A stretch of DNA of 64,000 nucleotides from Dimorphilus gyrociliatus (taxonomy: Eukaryota > Animalia > Annelida): assembly GCA_904063045.1 (NCBI GenBank), contig CAJFCJ010000006.1, positions 4,480,408 through 4,544,407 of the forward strand, written 5' to 3'. Each line of letters opens with the position of its first letter. The stretch's first letter is position 1. The notes beneath the pieces are model-generated. The model ran no database searches, was not told the origin of the DNA, and saw only the letters and a list, made by a program, of their open reading frames with translations. Of this stretch, positions 47,772-59,811 are shown piece by piece. The position numbers were made by a program, and so were the translations under genes.

Positions 47772-49468
47772 TTTAGCTGGTTAGAATAAGAAGAAAAAAA
47801 TAAAGTAGGCTTCTGAAGGCTAATATATAAAGATTGCCAATGAAGCATAAGAGGAAAGAAAATATGTACATTTTATACGAAAGTAAAGAATTATTACAAA
47901 CCAGATTTACATCGAAACGCCGCCAACATTAAGAAAGAGAATAGTACAACTATAAGCATTTCTCCTCTCTTTTTAATCCTCGCTGGGCTTTTTCACTTTT
48001 CCTGTATATAAAATGTGTTGTATAGAGGCGCCGATTGCAAGCATTTGATAGACGGCAACATAGAGCAGCAACTGTGCTGCTGTAGGCTGATTAGGCGTAG
48101 TGGGTTTGTGTACGACCGATTGTTTTTACTTTATATTACCGTTAGCTATAAAATATACTATTTACCGTAAATATAATAAATTGTAGATTGAAATAATCGA
48201 AGTGCCATAGACGATACAAGCGTTCTAAGATTTCTTTGCCTCGTAGCAATCGATTTATAGACATATATTTATATATAATATCTAACGACATAATAGAGCG
48301 GTCTCAAACATAAAATCCCTCCCCACACCAACCCCCTTCTTTCCCCATTGATTAAGTCCCTATTTATTCCATTCAATCATAAATGAAAGGGTATAATAAC
48401 TAAATCAATAAATAAGATTTAATAGACAAATACATAATAAAAACAAATACTTCTCTAAAAAATAAAACTGTATGCAGAGTGTAAAATGAGAAGAAGAAGA
48501 AGAAGAATAAGAATAAGAACATGTATAAGCTTTCATAAACAAGGTTTAGAGTCTTATTTATGTATATTCATACCCTACACATCTGTACTACTGATCGTTT
48601 ATAATTCCAACTGCAAATTGAATAGCCACCATACTTTTATTGAGATATGTTGGATAATTTACTGAAAATTCTATATAATTTCCGCATAATTTCATTGTTT
48701 AACTAAAAAAAAGAAAAGAAAACCCTGCACTTTTACCTTTTCTTTTTTTATCTATAAATTATGTATAATATAGTTTGTCCTTGGTTAATGGGTTTGTTCT
48801 ATTATGTATTAATACAATAGAATATAGAAATTTGTTGTAAAACAATATATAAATGTAAGAAAAAACACAAAAAGAAAATAAAGTTTAACTAGAGGAATAG
48901 AGAAAGATTGAAGAGAAAAACTTACACTGAGGGGAGAAAATTTATTGTTTATCCACAGACTTTAGCGGCTCGGAAAAGATTAAGCCAACGCACATTCTCC
49001 GTAGCCGATAAAGCGCTACGGACGGGTGCAACCGATAAAAATTAATTTCGTGACTAATTCATTACTAGGAGGCGAGACTTAAATTGTTGGAAAGGGAGGA
49101 GTGAAAATGGGAGAAGGCTTCCTTAGACTGTTAATTTGAAAAATAAGTTGTTTTTTATTAGCTTCATTTTAATTGCTTCCCCAATTTTGAAGAATCAAGC
49201 CATCTTACAGTATTACGTAGGTTGTACTCTTTATTTCTTTTTCTATTTCTCTCTTTTCTCTCTGTTCTCCCTCGTTCTCTATTTATAGAGACTTTATCAA
49301 TTTTAAGTTGCTCTGTCTACTTTCTAACGAATTGTTTATGCTTCAATCGTGTTTAAAGAAGCAAAATTCTTGCGGATAGGTGGGAAATGATGAAAGCTCT
49401 CGGTTAAAAATACTACTGGGAACTAAGATCATCAATTAGTGAAATGGTTGAAAGTGTTCACGTAACAC

Positions 49469-49484
49469 CCAACAGATGGCGCCA
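49469..49484 (+). promoter_or_regulatory. CTCF-like motif CCAACAGATGGCGCCA
   Basis: Near-consensus CCASYAGRKGGCRC, about 250 bp upstream of FAM43. Confidence 0.5.
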
Positions 49485-49637
49485 AGAGTTATATTGATCG
49501 AACTGTGGTAGGTGTAGCGCGTACCTTAATATAAAACGCATGTACGGGCTCGTTCATAGTGTAGAGTTTATAAAGTGGTGTTATTAAGAAAAAACAGAAG
49601 TATTTGAGGAAGATCCCCCTTGTCGATCATCGATAAA

Positions 49638-49669
49638 GTGCCAATCGATTGGCACGTGATCACGTGACT
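49638..49669. promoter_or_regulatory. Overlapping palindromes: inverted CCAAT pair + double CACGTG E-box
   Basis: GTGCCAATCGATTGGCAC (18-bp perfect palindrome, 49638-49655) overlaps CACGTGATCACGTG (14-bp perfect palindrome, 49653-49666). Confidence 0.65.
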
Positions 49670-49734
49670 AAGTAAATAAATTTTCAGGTGTGCAATACGA
49701 CCGACTCATTTTGGATCAGATCGTCATCGCACAA

Positions 49735-50616
49735 ATGATTATGTCTATGCTTATACGCCGTCTAACTTCTCGGAAGAAGAAAATGTTCATCATCAACGAA
49801 AAAGATATAGAAGTGAAAGGACGTTATTTGGGGAATGTACAAACATCATTGACGAAAGGGGATGGTTGTGTCGATAAACCTGCTGATACGCTATGGAAAA
49901 ATTACGTCCAAAACTCTCAAACCGCTGGCTTAGAAATGACTCTATCAGTAACCTCTTCGGGCTTAAAGGCACGGACGAAGGAACAAGGATTAACTGAATA
50001 TAGAAGCTATAGGATTTCCTATTGTATTGCCCATCCGGATTACCCTAGGTTATTCATTTGGGTCTATAGACACGATGGGAAAAAAATGAAAGTCGATTTA
50101 AGGTGTCACGCCTTTTTATGTAAAACTGAAACTCAAGCTAAAGCTGTTGCAGTGGGCCTTCATGCCAAAGTGCAGTCAGCTTTGAAAGAGTTCAAGAGGG
50201 AGAAAACAAGAAAACAGAATGCTCGCAAAGCGGGAACTTCATTAGCTAGAACAAAATTCTTGCATACTGGACAAAATTTTAAACCCTCCGTCGAACAAAC
50301 AATGTGCGCACCTAAACAAAATCCAATAATAGAAGAAGAAGAAGAAGAAGAAGAAGAGCAGCAGCAGCAAGAACAAGCAGAACAGGGAGAAATTGAAGAA
50401 ATACAAAACGAAGATGACGAAGACAACATCCTAGTCAATCCTATATTTGAGCTGGAAGTAGGAAATGATCTGATTGCACTGCAAAATGACGAAGCTGTTC
50501 GAAGGTTTATGGAAGAAGGAGAAGATAGTTCTGAATCGGGGTTTAGTGAAGCTCAAACAGACTCTTCCTCTAATAATTCAACAGACTCAACTAAAGATAC
50601 ACATACTGTCTCGTAA
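49735..50616 (+). CDS. FAM43A: FAM43-family PTB/PID domain protein with acidic tail, single coding exon
   Basis: YLGNVQTSLTKGDGCVD, RISYCIA, FIWVYRHDGKKMKVDLRCHA, ALKEFKREK match the FAM43A/B PID domain. Confidence 0.88.
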   Translation: MIMSMLIRRLTSRKKKMFIINEKDIEVKGRYLGNVQTSLTKGDGCVDKPADTLWKNYVQNSQTAGLEMTLSVTSSGLKARTKEQGLTEYRSYRISYCIAHPDYPRLFIWVYRHDGKKMKVDLRCHAFLCKTETQAKAVAVGLHAKVQSALKEFKREKTRKQNARKAGTSLARTKFLHTGQNFKPSVEQTMCAPKQNPIIEEEEEEEEEQQQQEQAEQGEIEEIQNEDDEDNILVNPIFELEVGNDLIALQNDEAVRRFMEEGEDSSESGFSEAQTDSSSNNSTDSTKDTHTVS

Positions 50617-51626
50617 AACTTTTATCTGATATAATTAACAGATTAATTTATTACCAGAAATATTCGTTAATGTTTACTATCAATTCTTTAGTTTTTTGCT
50701 ATCTTTCTACGAAAGATGAGTAATTTATATATTCCTTATGACACTTGTTATCTCTTGATCAACTGACAAAACTTTTTTATTTTTAAAATTTGTGATCTAG
50801 TCGGACAGAAATTCAAGCAAATAAACTTATAAAGTTAACACGTTTTTGCGACATATTTTTTTATGCCAATACTATTTTGGCATTCCTGATCTATTTATAA
50901 GTACAAAAATAAAATATGCCTTTTCACGGTTGATTTTCAAATACTATTACTACTGGTTTAACGTTGTAAAAATTTCAACTGTTTCGAGTTTGAATAAATA
51001 GAAGAATCGAACCAAAATCCTTTTGTATATATTTCTCTAGTTAAGCCTATATTTGATCTAAAAGTTTACCTGTTACTAATTGTTCTGTTTTAGTATTTAT
51101 CAGCCTTGAAAGACGACGATAAGCCTTCATATAATACTTACGTTTATGGGACTTTATTATATTTATTTTTTTTTCGCACGTTTCATATTTCTATCTAGTA
51201 AATTGATATTTAAGGAATACACTGAATGTTTTTGTTAGGTAAAAAAAAGCTGGACAATAGTAAAAAATAAATATGGAATTATTTGCTGTAATCGTCACAA
51301 ATGGCTTTTAGGCCACCACGCCTCAATTTTTTATACAGTTAACATTAAAACATATTAGAGCATATTGCCCGCGATCAATCAGCAGTATGTCAAACTTGAA
51401 ACCTTCAATTAATAATAAATATAGAGTAGGAAATTTTTTAAAGAGGACAGAGTCAATAAATTTTTAAATATTTGGTGCAAAATTCTGTAATTAAGCCAAT
51501 TTAAAACTAAGCTAAGAGGTTAAGCGACTGTTTTATAAACTGATAAAATAATATTTATGGGGGATTTTAAAATTCGCTTCAGACTGATAGAAATCGTGAT
51601 GCTGCCATCTATCCGACAAGAAATAT

Positions 51627-52280
51627 TCAGTCATCGGAAAGGGTGTAACCTCTATAGCCCGAATGAAAAGTAAACTCATCCAAATCGTCAATATTTGGCT
51701 CGTGAAAGGTGTAGGTGTTATTATCCTGTGTAGAAAGGCATTCTTCCGTACTATTAAGAGATTTTTCTCTTTGATAGTTTTCTTTGATTACATTACTTAT
51801 TTCTTCATTTTTCACTTCCAATAAACGAATTACACGATCTTCTGGAGCTTTTTCTTGAAGCTTTTCGCAGCTTTCATCCATTTCTTCTGTATCGCTTATA
51901 TCAAACTCGAACGGTCGACTCTTAACCACAGATTCAGTTGACGCCACAATAACGCAATCATCCGAATTATTTCTTTGATTAGTTCGTTTGGTATTAGAAT
52001 CATTTCGGATGAAAGATGTTATTTTCGCTTGCTTTCGTCGTATTTTTGAAATAGGTGAAGTTTGGGTAAGGTGAATATTTGTTTTAAATCTTAACGTTTT
52101 TAATTGTTTGTTGAATTTCAAAACCTATTCAAAAACATTTTTAAATATTAATATAATGGAAATTTTTTTCAACGGTAATTAGTTTACTTTCTTTTCTTTT
52201 GCACTTAGCCATTTATCACAATCAGTGGAACTGTGACTAGAGTGTTGTTTTGACATTTCGACAATAAGAGGCAAAAATTT
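51627..52280 (-). CDS. 3' exons of an uncharacterised gene (disordered acidic tail, PIP-box-like QAKITSFI)
   Basis: Exon 52280-52188 (phase 0) joins the terminal exon (about 52124-51627) in frame. Upstream exons toward about 53700 were not reliably assembled. Confidence 0.45.
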
Positions 52281-54144
52281 CTTAAATATCACAAAGCGTT
52301 TTTAATTTTTATCAGTAGAAAAGCGAAAAATTCCCAAAATTTCCAAGCTAATGTAATTTCTTCTGTAAATAAAGAAATAGAGAGTTTCTTATCATTTATT
52401 TCGTCTTATCGAAAGTGCATTGTTCTCTTTTTGTATAAAGTAATAATAGCATCGAAAGATAAGTAAGAAATTTATTGTACATTTTATTTGAAATTATGCA
52501 CTGAATGCCATTATAAAGATTAAGTCATTAGTAATAGTATTTCAGAAGATTTGCTCAAAATCTTCACGAAACTCGATAAATTATTTTTTACAAAAGAATT
52601 AAACTTCCCAAAGATTGTGTAAGCTTATTTTAGGCTTAATCTTTTATCATATTTCTACCATTATATATATTGGAATTTCAGAATTAAGAACGAGCTTTAG
52701 AGAATTAGTAACTAAATTATTAGAGATATTTTTTGAAAAGGATTAAATAATTTCAATTATAAAAACCATTTCCCTCTCCTTTAATGGTTTAAAAGAGTTT
52801 ATAAAGAAGCTACTCAAATGTTTCTCGTTATAATTTAACAAAAAAAGAACATTTCTACAGTTGTAAATAAGAACCTTTTACCTTTTATCGCTCGAAAATA
52901 ATCATCAACGATTCCGGAATAAATAAATAATAAGGGGAATTCTTTCGAGAGAGATCTCAAATATCAATCGAAATATTATTCAAATAATTGATAAAAAAGA
53001 CTGTTTTAAGAAATCTTATAATAATTAATTTATATATCTTTAATAGAAAAAACATTTACGAAGTTGCGCCTTCTTCGGAATAACTTTTGCGAAGTACGGT
53101 ATCCACATATAATAAACCATAGACAGGAATAAAAATATATTAACGATCAACCAATCAGAATCAGACTAAGTTAGAGAGCAAAGAGATTTTTTTCAAATTA
53201 GGAATATTTATTATACACTGTTTTGTAGGCTATAAGTAACATTCAATATGTATGTGCTTACATAAAACAATAGAACAGTATTCATGTGAAATTTTAGAAC
53301 AAGGCTTACGTATTTCACGTACAAACATATATAAAGATATATACAGTCTATATAGAATATACTGTAAATAGGTATCCTAAGAATATATTGTATCTGATAC
53401 ACAAGCCATCAGAGAACAATATCAGTTTCATCGTTGACTGTTTATTAAGGAATATTAAAAGCATTCCGTTAGAACTCAATAATTGGTGCTGCGTCGGAAT
53501 CCTTTAAAAATTAACGAGTACTAAACCACTTGGTAAACGTATTACATAGTACTGTACAAAATGATTTCATACTTATTATACACAACAGACTTGCAATAAC
53601 TGTAACGAGGAATTCATTGTACTCGGATATTATACTTTTTCTGTTTTTCCCTTTTGTTTCAAGTACAAATTGGACTGTTACATGAAAAGTGTTCTGGATT
53701 TGAAAGTTTTCAATTTATAAGTGAAGTACATTCACTCAAAGAAAACGGGTGAAAAATACCAACTAATAATTGTGTCTAAGCACGTTTTATTGAAAAAAAA
53801 AGACCACTGTACACACAATAAGCTATTAAATACATAGGCATCTAAAATTAAATACATGGAACATTGCCTGATGTACTTAAAAGCTACTTAAAACAAAGTT
53901 TAAGAAGTTTTATAAAATACGCAAGGAACGTTAAATGGAACTTTATATGCACAAACATATATTACATAGAGAGGTATACATATAGGTTGACACACCTAAA
54001 ACTCTTATTCCAGAGAAATGTTTTTTTTTTAGTCTAGTTACGGCACAATACATATAATTTAGACTTCTGATTGGTCATCTTATTGTAAGAAACGAATAGA
54101 GATCAAGTACATATTTACGGCTACATGGAAAACGTTTAGTTCAT

Positions 54145-54946
54145 CTATTCGTCGTCATCATCATCATCTTCGTCATCTTCTTCGCCATCATCATCATCTT
54201 CGTCACCATTTTCTTCCTCAGTTTTTGCTTTCTTTGCTGATGGACCTCCGCTAGTCCCCTAGAACAAAATAATATAAGCTAATGCGTTCACTCCAAATAA
54301 AAATTCTTACCTTGTTGTAAATAGACATAGCTTCATTGTATTTCTTTTTCTCTTCTTCGGCTTTTTTCTCGTAAGGTTTCTTTTCTCCCTCGTTCATATC
54401 TTGCCAAGCAGCTCCAGCGGCCTTGATCAAATCCTTATGTTCCGAATATTTCTCTTTGTTCTCGCTTCTAAAATCAGCCAAAAATAAAAAGTAGGCAGAA
54501 CATGGTCTCTTTGGCTTGTTTGGATCCTTCGAAGGTGTCTTACGTCCTTTGTAGTTAGCCATCTGGAAAAAAATTGAAAAGTTAAGCAAAGTTTATGAAG
54601 ATATTTCTTTTAGGAACTTACTTCACTGTCGTATCTGGTCTTGTCAACTTTAGCTTTTTCTTCGAAAGGTTTCTTAGCCGAAGGCGTCAGGTTCCTCCAT
54701 TCTTCCGAAACTTGTTTTGTAAAGTCAGCAACACGAGTGATAGGTGTTCCGGCCTTAGCTAATTCTTCTCTTTTGTGCTATTCAGAAAAAAAAAAAAAAA
54801 TTTTTTTTTAAAAATTTTCATTATATTTCTCTAAATTATTTAAGTTACCTGAGCGAAGTAAAAGTAAGCAGACGTAGGACGTTTGGGTTTGTTTGGATCC
54901 TTCTCCGCTGCTCTTCTACCTCCTTTCGCACCACCTTTAGGACGAC
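54145..54946 (-). CDS. HMGB2: High mobility group B protein (two HMG boxes + acidic tail); first coding codons not located
   Basis: Box A KDPNKPKRPTSAYFYFAQ..WRNLTPSAKKPFEEKA; box B KDPNKPKRPCSAYFLFLADFR..WQDMNEGEKKPYEKKA; tail EEENGDEDDDGEEDDEDDDDDE*. Assignment to HMGB2 rather than HMGB1 is nominal. Confidence 0.93.
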
Positions 54947-55628
54947 CTGAGGGAAAATTTCTTTTAAAATCGCAAAGGAAAAAAAGAGCGCGAAAAGAAC
55001 AGAACGAACTGCGAAGGACATTCAAAAAAAAAAAATTTTAATTAATTATGCAAATTAAAATTTTTTAATTACAAATCATGTAATCAATAATTATATTAAG
55101 ATTCGCCCAAAAAAATTATAAATAAAACGGTCCCTTAACCGAAAAAACGGTATGAAAAAGTTCAGCGCTGTATATATAATGTATGTCGCCTTCTACGTTT
55201 ATCATAGCTTTATACAAGTACTGTAGCTTATATACGTTATTCTATACAGTATTCAGTATATTCATTACAAACTGTAAAAAGTCGGGAAACGCTACGAATC
55301 GGAAAATAAGTCAGAGGAACCCTGCAATACGTTAAAATATAAAGGTTTATGGTATAAAATGTGCGTTTTGTAATGGCGTCGCGTCGAAAAACAGCAAAAT
55401 GGCCGAACGGCTTCTTCAGTATAGCTTACACAGTCGCCTAGTCTTTTCTTTAATAAAACTAAAGCGGTCAGAAAAATGCTATAACCGAACAGACTAAAGC
55501 ATTTTTGGGACATTCAAGCATTAGAACCATACAATAATGACCATTTGCACTCAACAGATTCTATTCTATAACCGTCTTTTTCGACATACTGGTCGAAAAT
55601 TTTGCCGGCCGACAGGGGAGAACGCGCT

Positions 55629-55641
55629 CAAGATGGCGGCC
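55629..55641. promoter_or_regulatory. YY1 consensus CAAGATGGCGGCC, probable HMGB promoter region
   Basis: Exact YY1 core in a GC-richer island about 0.7 kb upstream of the HMGB coding exons. Confidence 0.55.
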
Positions 55642-57710
55642 GTTAACATTTTATAATGAAATCTATAGCGCAGTACATTCCTATAGAAATAAATTTTGCC
55701 GAAAAACGCATTTATACTCATCCTTTCCACGTTTTGAGACTACTTACCCATAATAATCGTTAAAGATGACTTTTCTAATGTGGAAAAACGGGGGAAAAGC
55801 TTGTTTCAGTTGCTTACGAAGACGAAGCACTAACGCGTTTGAGGAGCCCGCGATTCCGTTCACACTAAGATGATTCGAATTCAAATTTTACGGTGTCTCG
55901 AATTTGACATTTACTTTACCGGCCAAATATCTTATAAAGTTGTATCAACTAAAATAAATATTTTATATGAAACAATTGATAATTTGATATTTTATCATAT
56001 AACTTTACTTAAAGAGCAAAATCTGCAACAAATTTATAGGATTCTTTCCCACTGGGGAGCGATAATTGGAGTTTGTTTATATGATTTTCCGTTAATTGTA
56101 GTAGTTTTTATAGTAAGGAGAAAGTACTAGTAGTATGAAGCGTATTTCTTTGTAAATATATAGATGAGAATAATATTGAATATTCAAATTCTATTTATAA
56201 GGAAAGAATCATTGTTTTTACATTTAATATAATATATTATACTTGTTATATAAGATATACTTTCTAAAAAAGTCTATCCTACCACATATTCTATTCTTCT
56301 ATGTGGAAAAGTTTCTTAATAGAAAAACATCTTATTCAGTGAATGAATATATAATCCTTATTATCAAAGTACCAAATTGAAACAATGAAATGAAAGGGAT
56401 TATAATATGTATAAGGATACATATATACATATAGATATATATGTATATTTACGTAAACTGCGACAGTTCGAAATTAGATACCGAGAAAAAACAAATGAAT
56501 ACAATATTATGGCTTTGATTTTTTTTCTGTTTGTAGTGAAATATTTGGAAATTGAGTAGTTTCAGTAAATTAGTATAGTATACAATATTTTTCAAAAGGA
56601 GCAGAAAACCCTAAGGGATTTTTTTCCATATATATAAATGAATAAAGCCTCCCCACCTCCCTCAATAATAACGACTTTGAATAATCGAGAATCACGTAAT
56701 TTTCTATTCCAGTTTCCTTAACCTTTTTAGAAGTTATGCAGTCAATTGATCTACAAAGTAGCATCTGATAATGATTTGTGTACAATAGAAGAATAAGTGT
56801 ACCTCCATACAAAATGAAAATATTAAATAAAGAACCCTAGCTAGAACGAAAAAGACTCTAAGTAAGGAATGATTATTCCAATTCTCATGGAAAAGGTATA
56901 AAGATTTGAAATGTGTTCATTTTCATCACTAAACCAACTTTATCCTTTTCGCAACTAAATTACGAATTGTGTTAAATGACTAAGACAGCTGACACATTTT
57001 CAAGTCGCTGATTAGATAGAACGTAATGAAACGGTTTTTTAAAAAAAAAGACTATACTGTTACATATTTATCATTACGCACTCTAAAATATGATCTATTC
57101 TTTTAAAGCGACTGATTAGTTAGATTGTTAATGAAATTTCGACAGGTTATCGACATCGGATTGCAATACTAAGCTACGTCTCTAATCCAAGCTTAAAAGT
57201 ACTTAAATGTTTTATTACAAGCGTCCTTCATCAAACAAATACACGTATATGTTGGTAACCGTTTACTTGTATAATGACCTATGTGTGCTGTAATTTCTCT
57301 TATTTCATCACTTTTACTCAAGTCAAACTAAAGGAAATCTACGGATACGACTAATCAGGAAACTAATCGTAATTTGACTCTTTAGAATTTTCCTAAAAAT
57401 GTAGTTCTTTCTCAGGAAATTTCTCGAATAGGTTATAACATCTTCCCTTAATGAAATGTCATTTGCAATGACCTCTAAATTATTACACGGTTAAAGACAT
57501 ATAATGAATATTTTGGCTAGTTATATTTAAAAAAAAATTTTGAAGTTCTCTAATTAATTCTATAAATGTGTGTACTTTTGAGTAAAAGGTGCAAACAGTC
57601 AGCGATAGACAGGGAGGGTAGGGTAGGAGCGAGGGAGGAAGGGGAGGGGGGGTGAAAAGGCTAAGGGAATGAAGGGGGTAAGGGAAAAGGATATAAACAC
57701 TTAAAGCATT

Positions 57711-57724
57711 TCTAGAGGGCGCCA
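57711..57724 (+). promoter_or_regulatory. CTCF-like motif TCTAGAGGGCGCCA
   Basis: Matches CTAGAGGGCGC core; lies in a gene-free stretch. Confidence 0.45.
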
Positions 57725-59811
57725 TGTATAAATCAATTTAAAATAAAACCGTTACAGCGTCGAAACCAACAGTATTAAATATTTCATATATACGATCTAA
57801 TATTGATCAGATTGATACATAGCTTAATATATTAAAAAAAAGGTTTTACATAAAAATTTAACCCCTCCACGCACCCTCCCTCTACCCTCTCTTCTAAATA
57901 ACATGCGCATATATATATATATAAATAAGCGTGTATGCATTTATAATTTAATAATAATAATCTATTAATTTCCCCCCAAGTTTTGAGTCGACCATAAGGA
58001 TTAAAAGTAAGGATGGGCAAAAATTAGTAATAAATTAATATTTACTATTTATAAGAAGTATATATTCTATTTATTCCTAACATAACCGGTTCTCACCCGT
58101 CTTCAACTTCCTCTTCTTCCTTTTATCATATGCCCTTAAAGTCTTCAATCTTTATCCTTTAATGTCAAAAAAAAAAAACTTACTCCATTATTTTAAAAAA
58201 AATTTATATTAGGCCAAAAAAATAATAACTTAATAACTACCGTCATAAGTACTCGGCATGGGTACTCTTGTACTTTCACAATACTGTTTACATTTGGTAT
58301 TATACATTTATATAATCTAACAGCTCTATTTTTATTCCATTTCTATTATTAAGGAAGGACAATAAAATTTCGTAACTAATGTCAGCCTATAATTAACTTG
58401 TTCTAATGAGTGTATAAATAAAAATGAAAGAATTAGTAAAATAATTGTAGGTAATTATTGCTTTTGTAAATAATGATATAAGAGAAGGAAAAAGGTAGAA
58501 AAAAAGAGACGCTTCTTCAATACATTAATATTAAAAAATATAAGTTCTTTGTGTGGCTGCATAAAATATTAAAATAAAATCCAGATAGGAAAGAAGGATA
58601 GGGGAGTGTTGGAGGGAGCGGTGAGAAGTGATTGGATAGAGAAGGTAGAGTAGACGAAACAGAAAAATATTCAACTACACATTTATTAATATTTATATTT
58701 TTCTGTCTAACTAAATAGCTAATTAGTTACTTTAGAGGAAAGAAATATTTGTTAAGAGGTTATAGTATTCAATTACGGCTTAAAGCGACACAATGTATTG
58801 TTGAGAATAAGGTTAAGATAACGGATTTTGAAAGAGGAATATAATGAGTAAAGTTATAACGTTATATATTGATAAAAATGAGTGATAGCGTATGTCTTGA
58901 ATCGTATTAGAATGAAAATATGTAGGCCTATATAAGATGCATTACTCCTTTATTTTTTACATTATTAACACTTTTATTTTAAAGTATAGTGTTAAATTCC
59001 TTAGTACATGCAGCGACATCTTGTAAATAAAAAGAAAATAAGTTTATTTCATTGGTAAATTCTTCGCCTTTATCTATATATATCTATCTCCGTTCCACCA
59101 TAGTTTATTCTCACCTCCTACCCTACCCTTCTATGTCACTTTTTTTTGGGTTAAAGCTAAAGACGTAACTTTATCTATAATTCACATAAAAAATTATTTA
59201 TAAACCCTTACTACCGCTCCCATTCAACATATTTATTCCTGTCTTCCTCTTCTTTTCAGCCTGCCCACAGCCCTTCCTTTTTTTCTTTATTTTTACTAAG
59301 TAGTTGTTGAATATGTATTATGATAGGTTATAAAAATTTTAAGTAAAGTTGTTTTTTTTTACTTAACAGTAACAGATATATTATAAGTTTCCGTGGGAGT
59401 TTGCTCTGGAATACACATCATTTACAACCTCTTAAACAAAGCGTATCAAATGCTAGTAACTATAACTTTTTATAGAAGTTTTACGACTATTAAATAACAA
59501 TTTCCAGTCATCTGTCTCTTTTTTATTTCTCGCCTCAGTTAGATAGCAGGCAGATGTCGCTGTAAATATTTATTGCAGTTGGATGGCGCTTTGAACGATA
59601 AGTAAAAATTATTTGAATAGAGAGTACGCTATACTAAATATATATATGTGTGCGAATTTTCTGTGATATTGGCTTAATTGGCCTCCTTCGACCTTAACGA
59701 CAATCGTAAACAAGGCGGTCGTAGCCTAGTCAATCAATACATTAAAGCCGGTTGGAGCGTTTCAAGAAAGTTTTAAGAATTTAAAAAAAGTTGAAAAGAA
59801 GATGGAAGAAA

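Noticed and set aside
48998-49022. 8-bp stem hairpin TCCGTAGC-N9-GCTACGGA
   Set aside because: Too short to distinguish from chance; no ncRNA hallmarks nearby.
50160-50438. Minus-strand 92-aa Ser/Cys-rich ORF
   Set aside because: Antisense shadow of the FAM43 poly-Glu/Gln tail.
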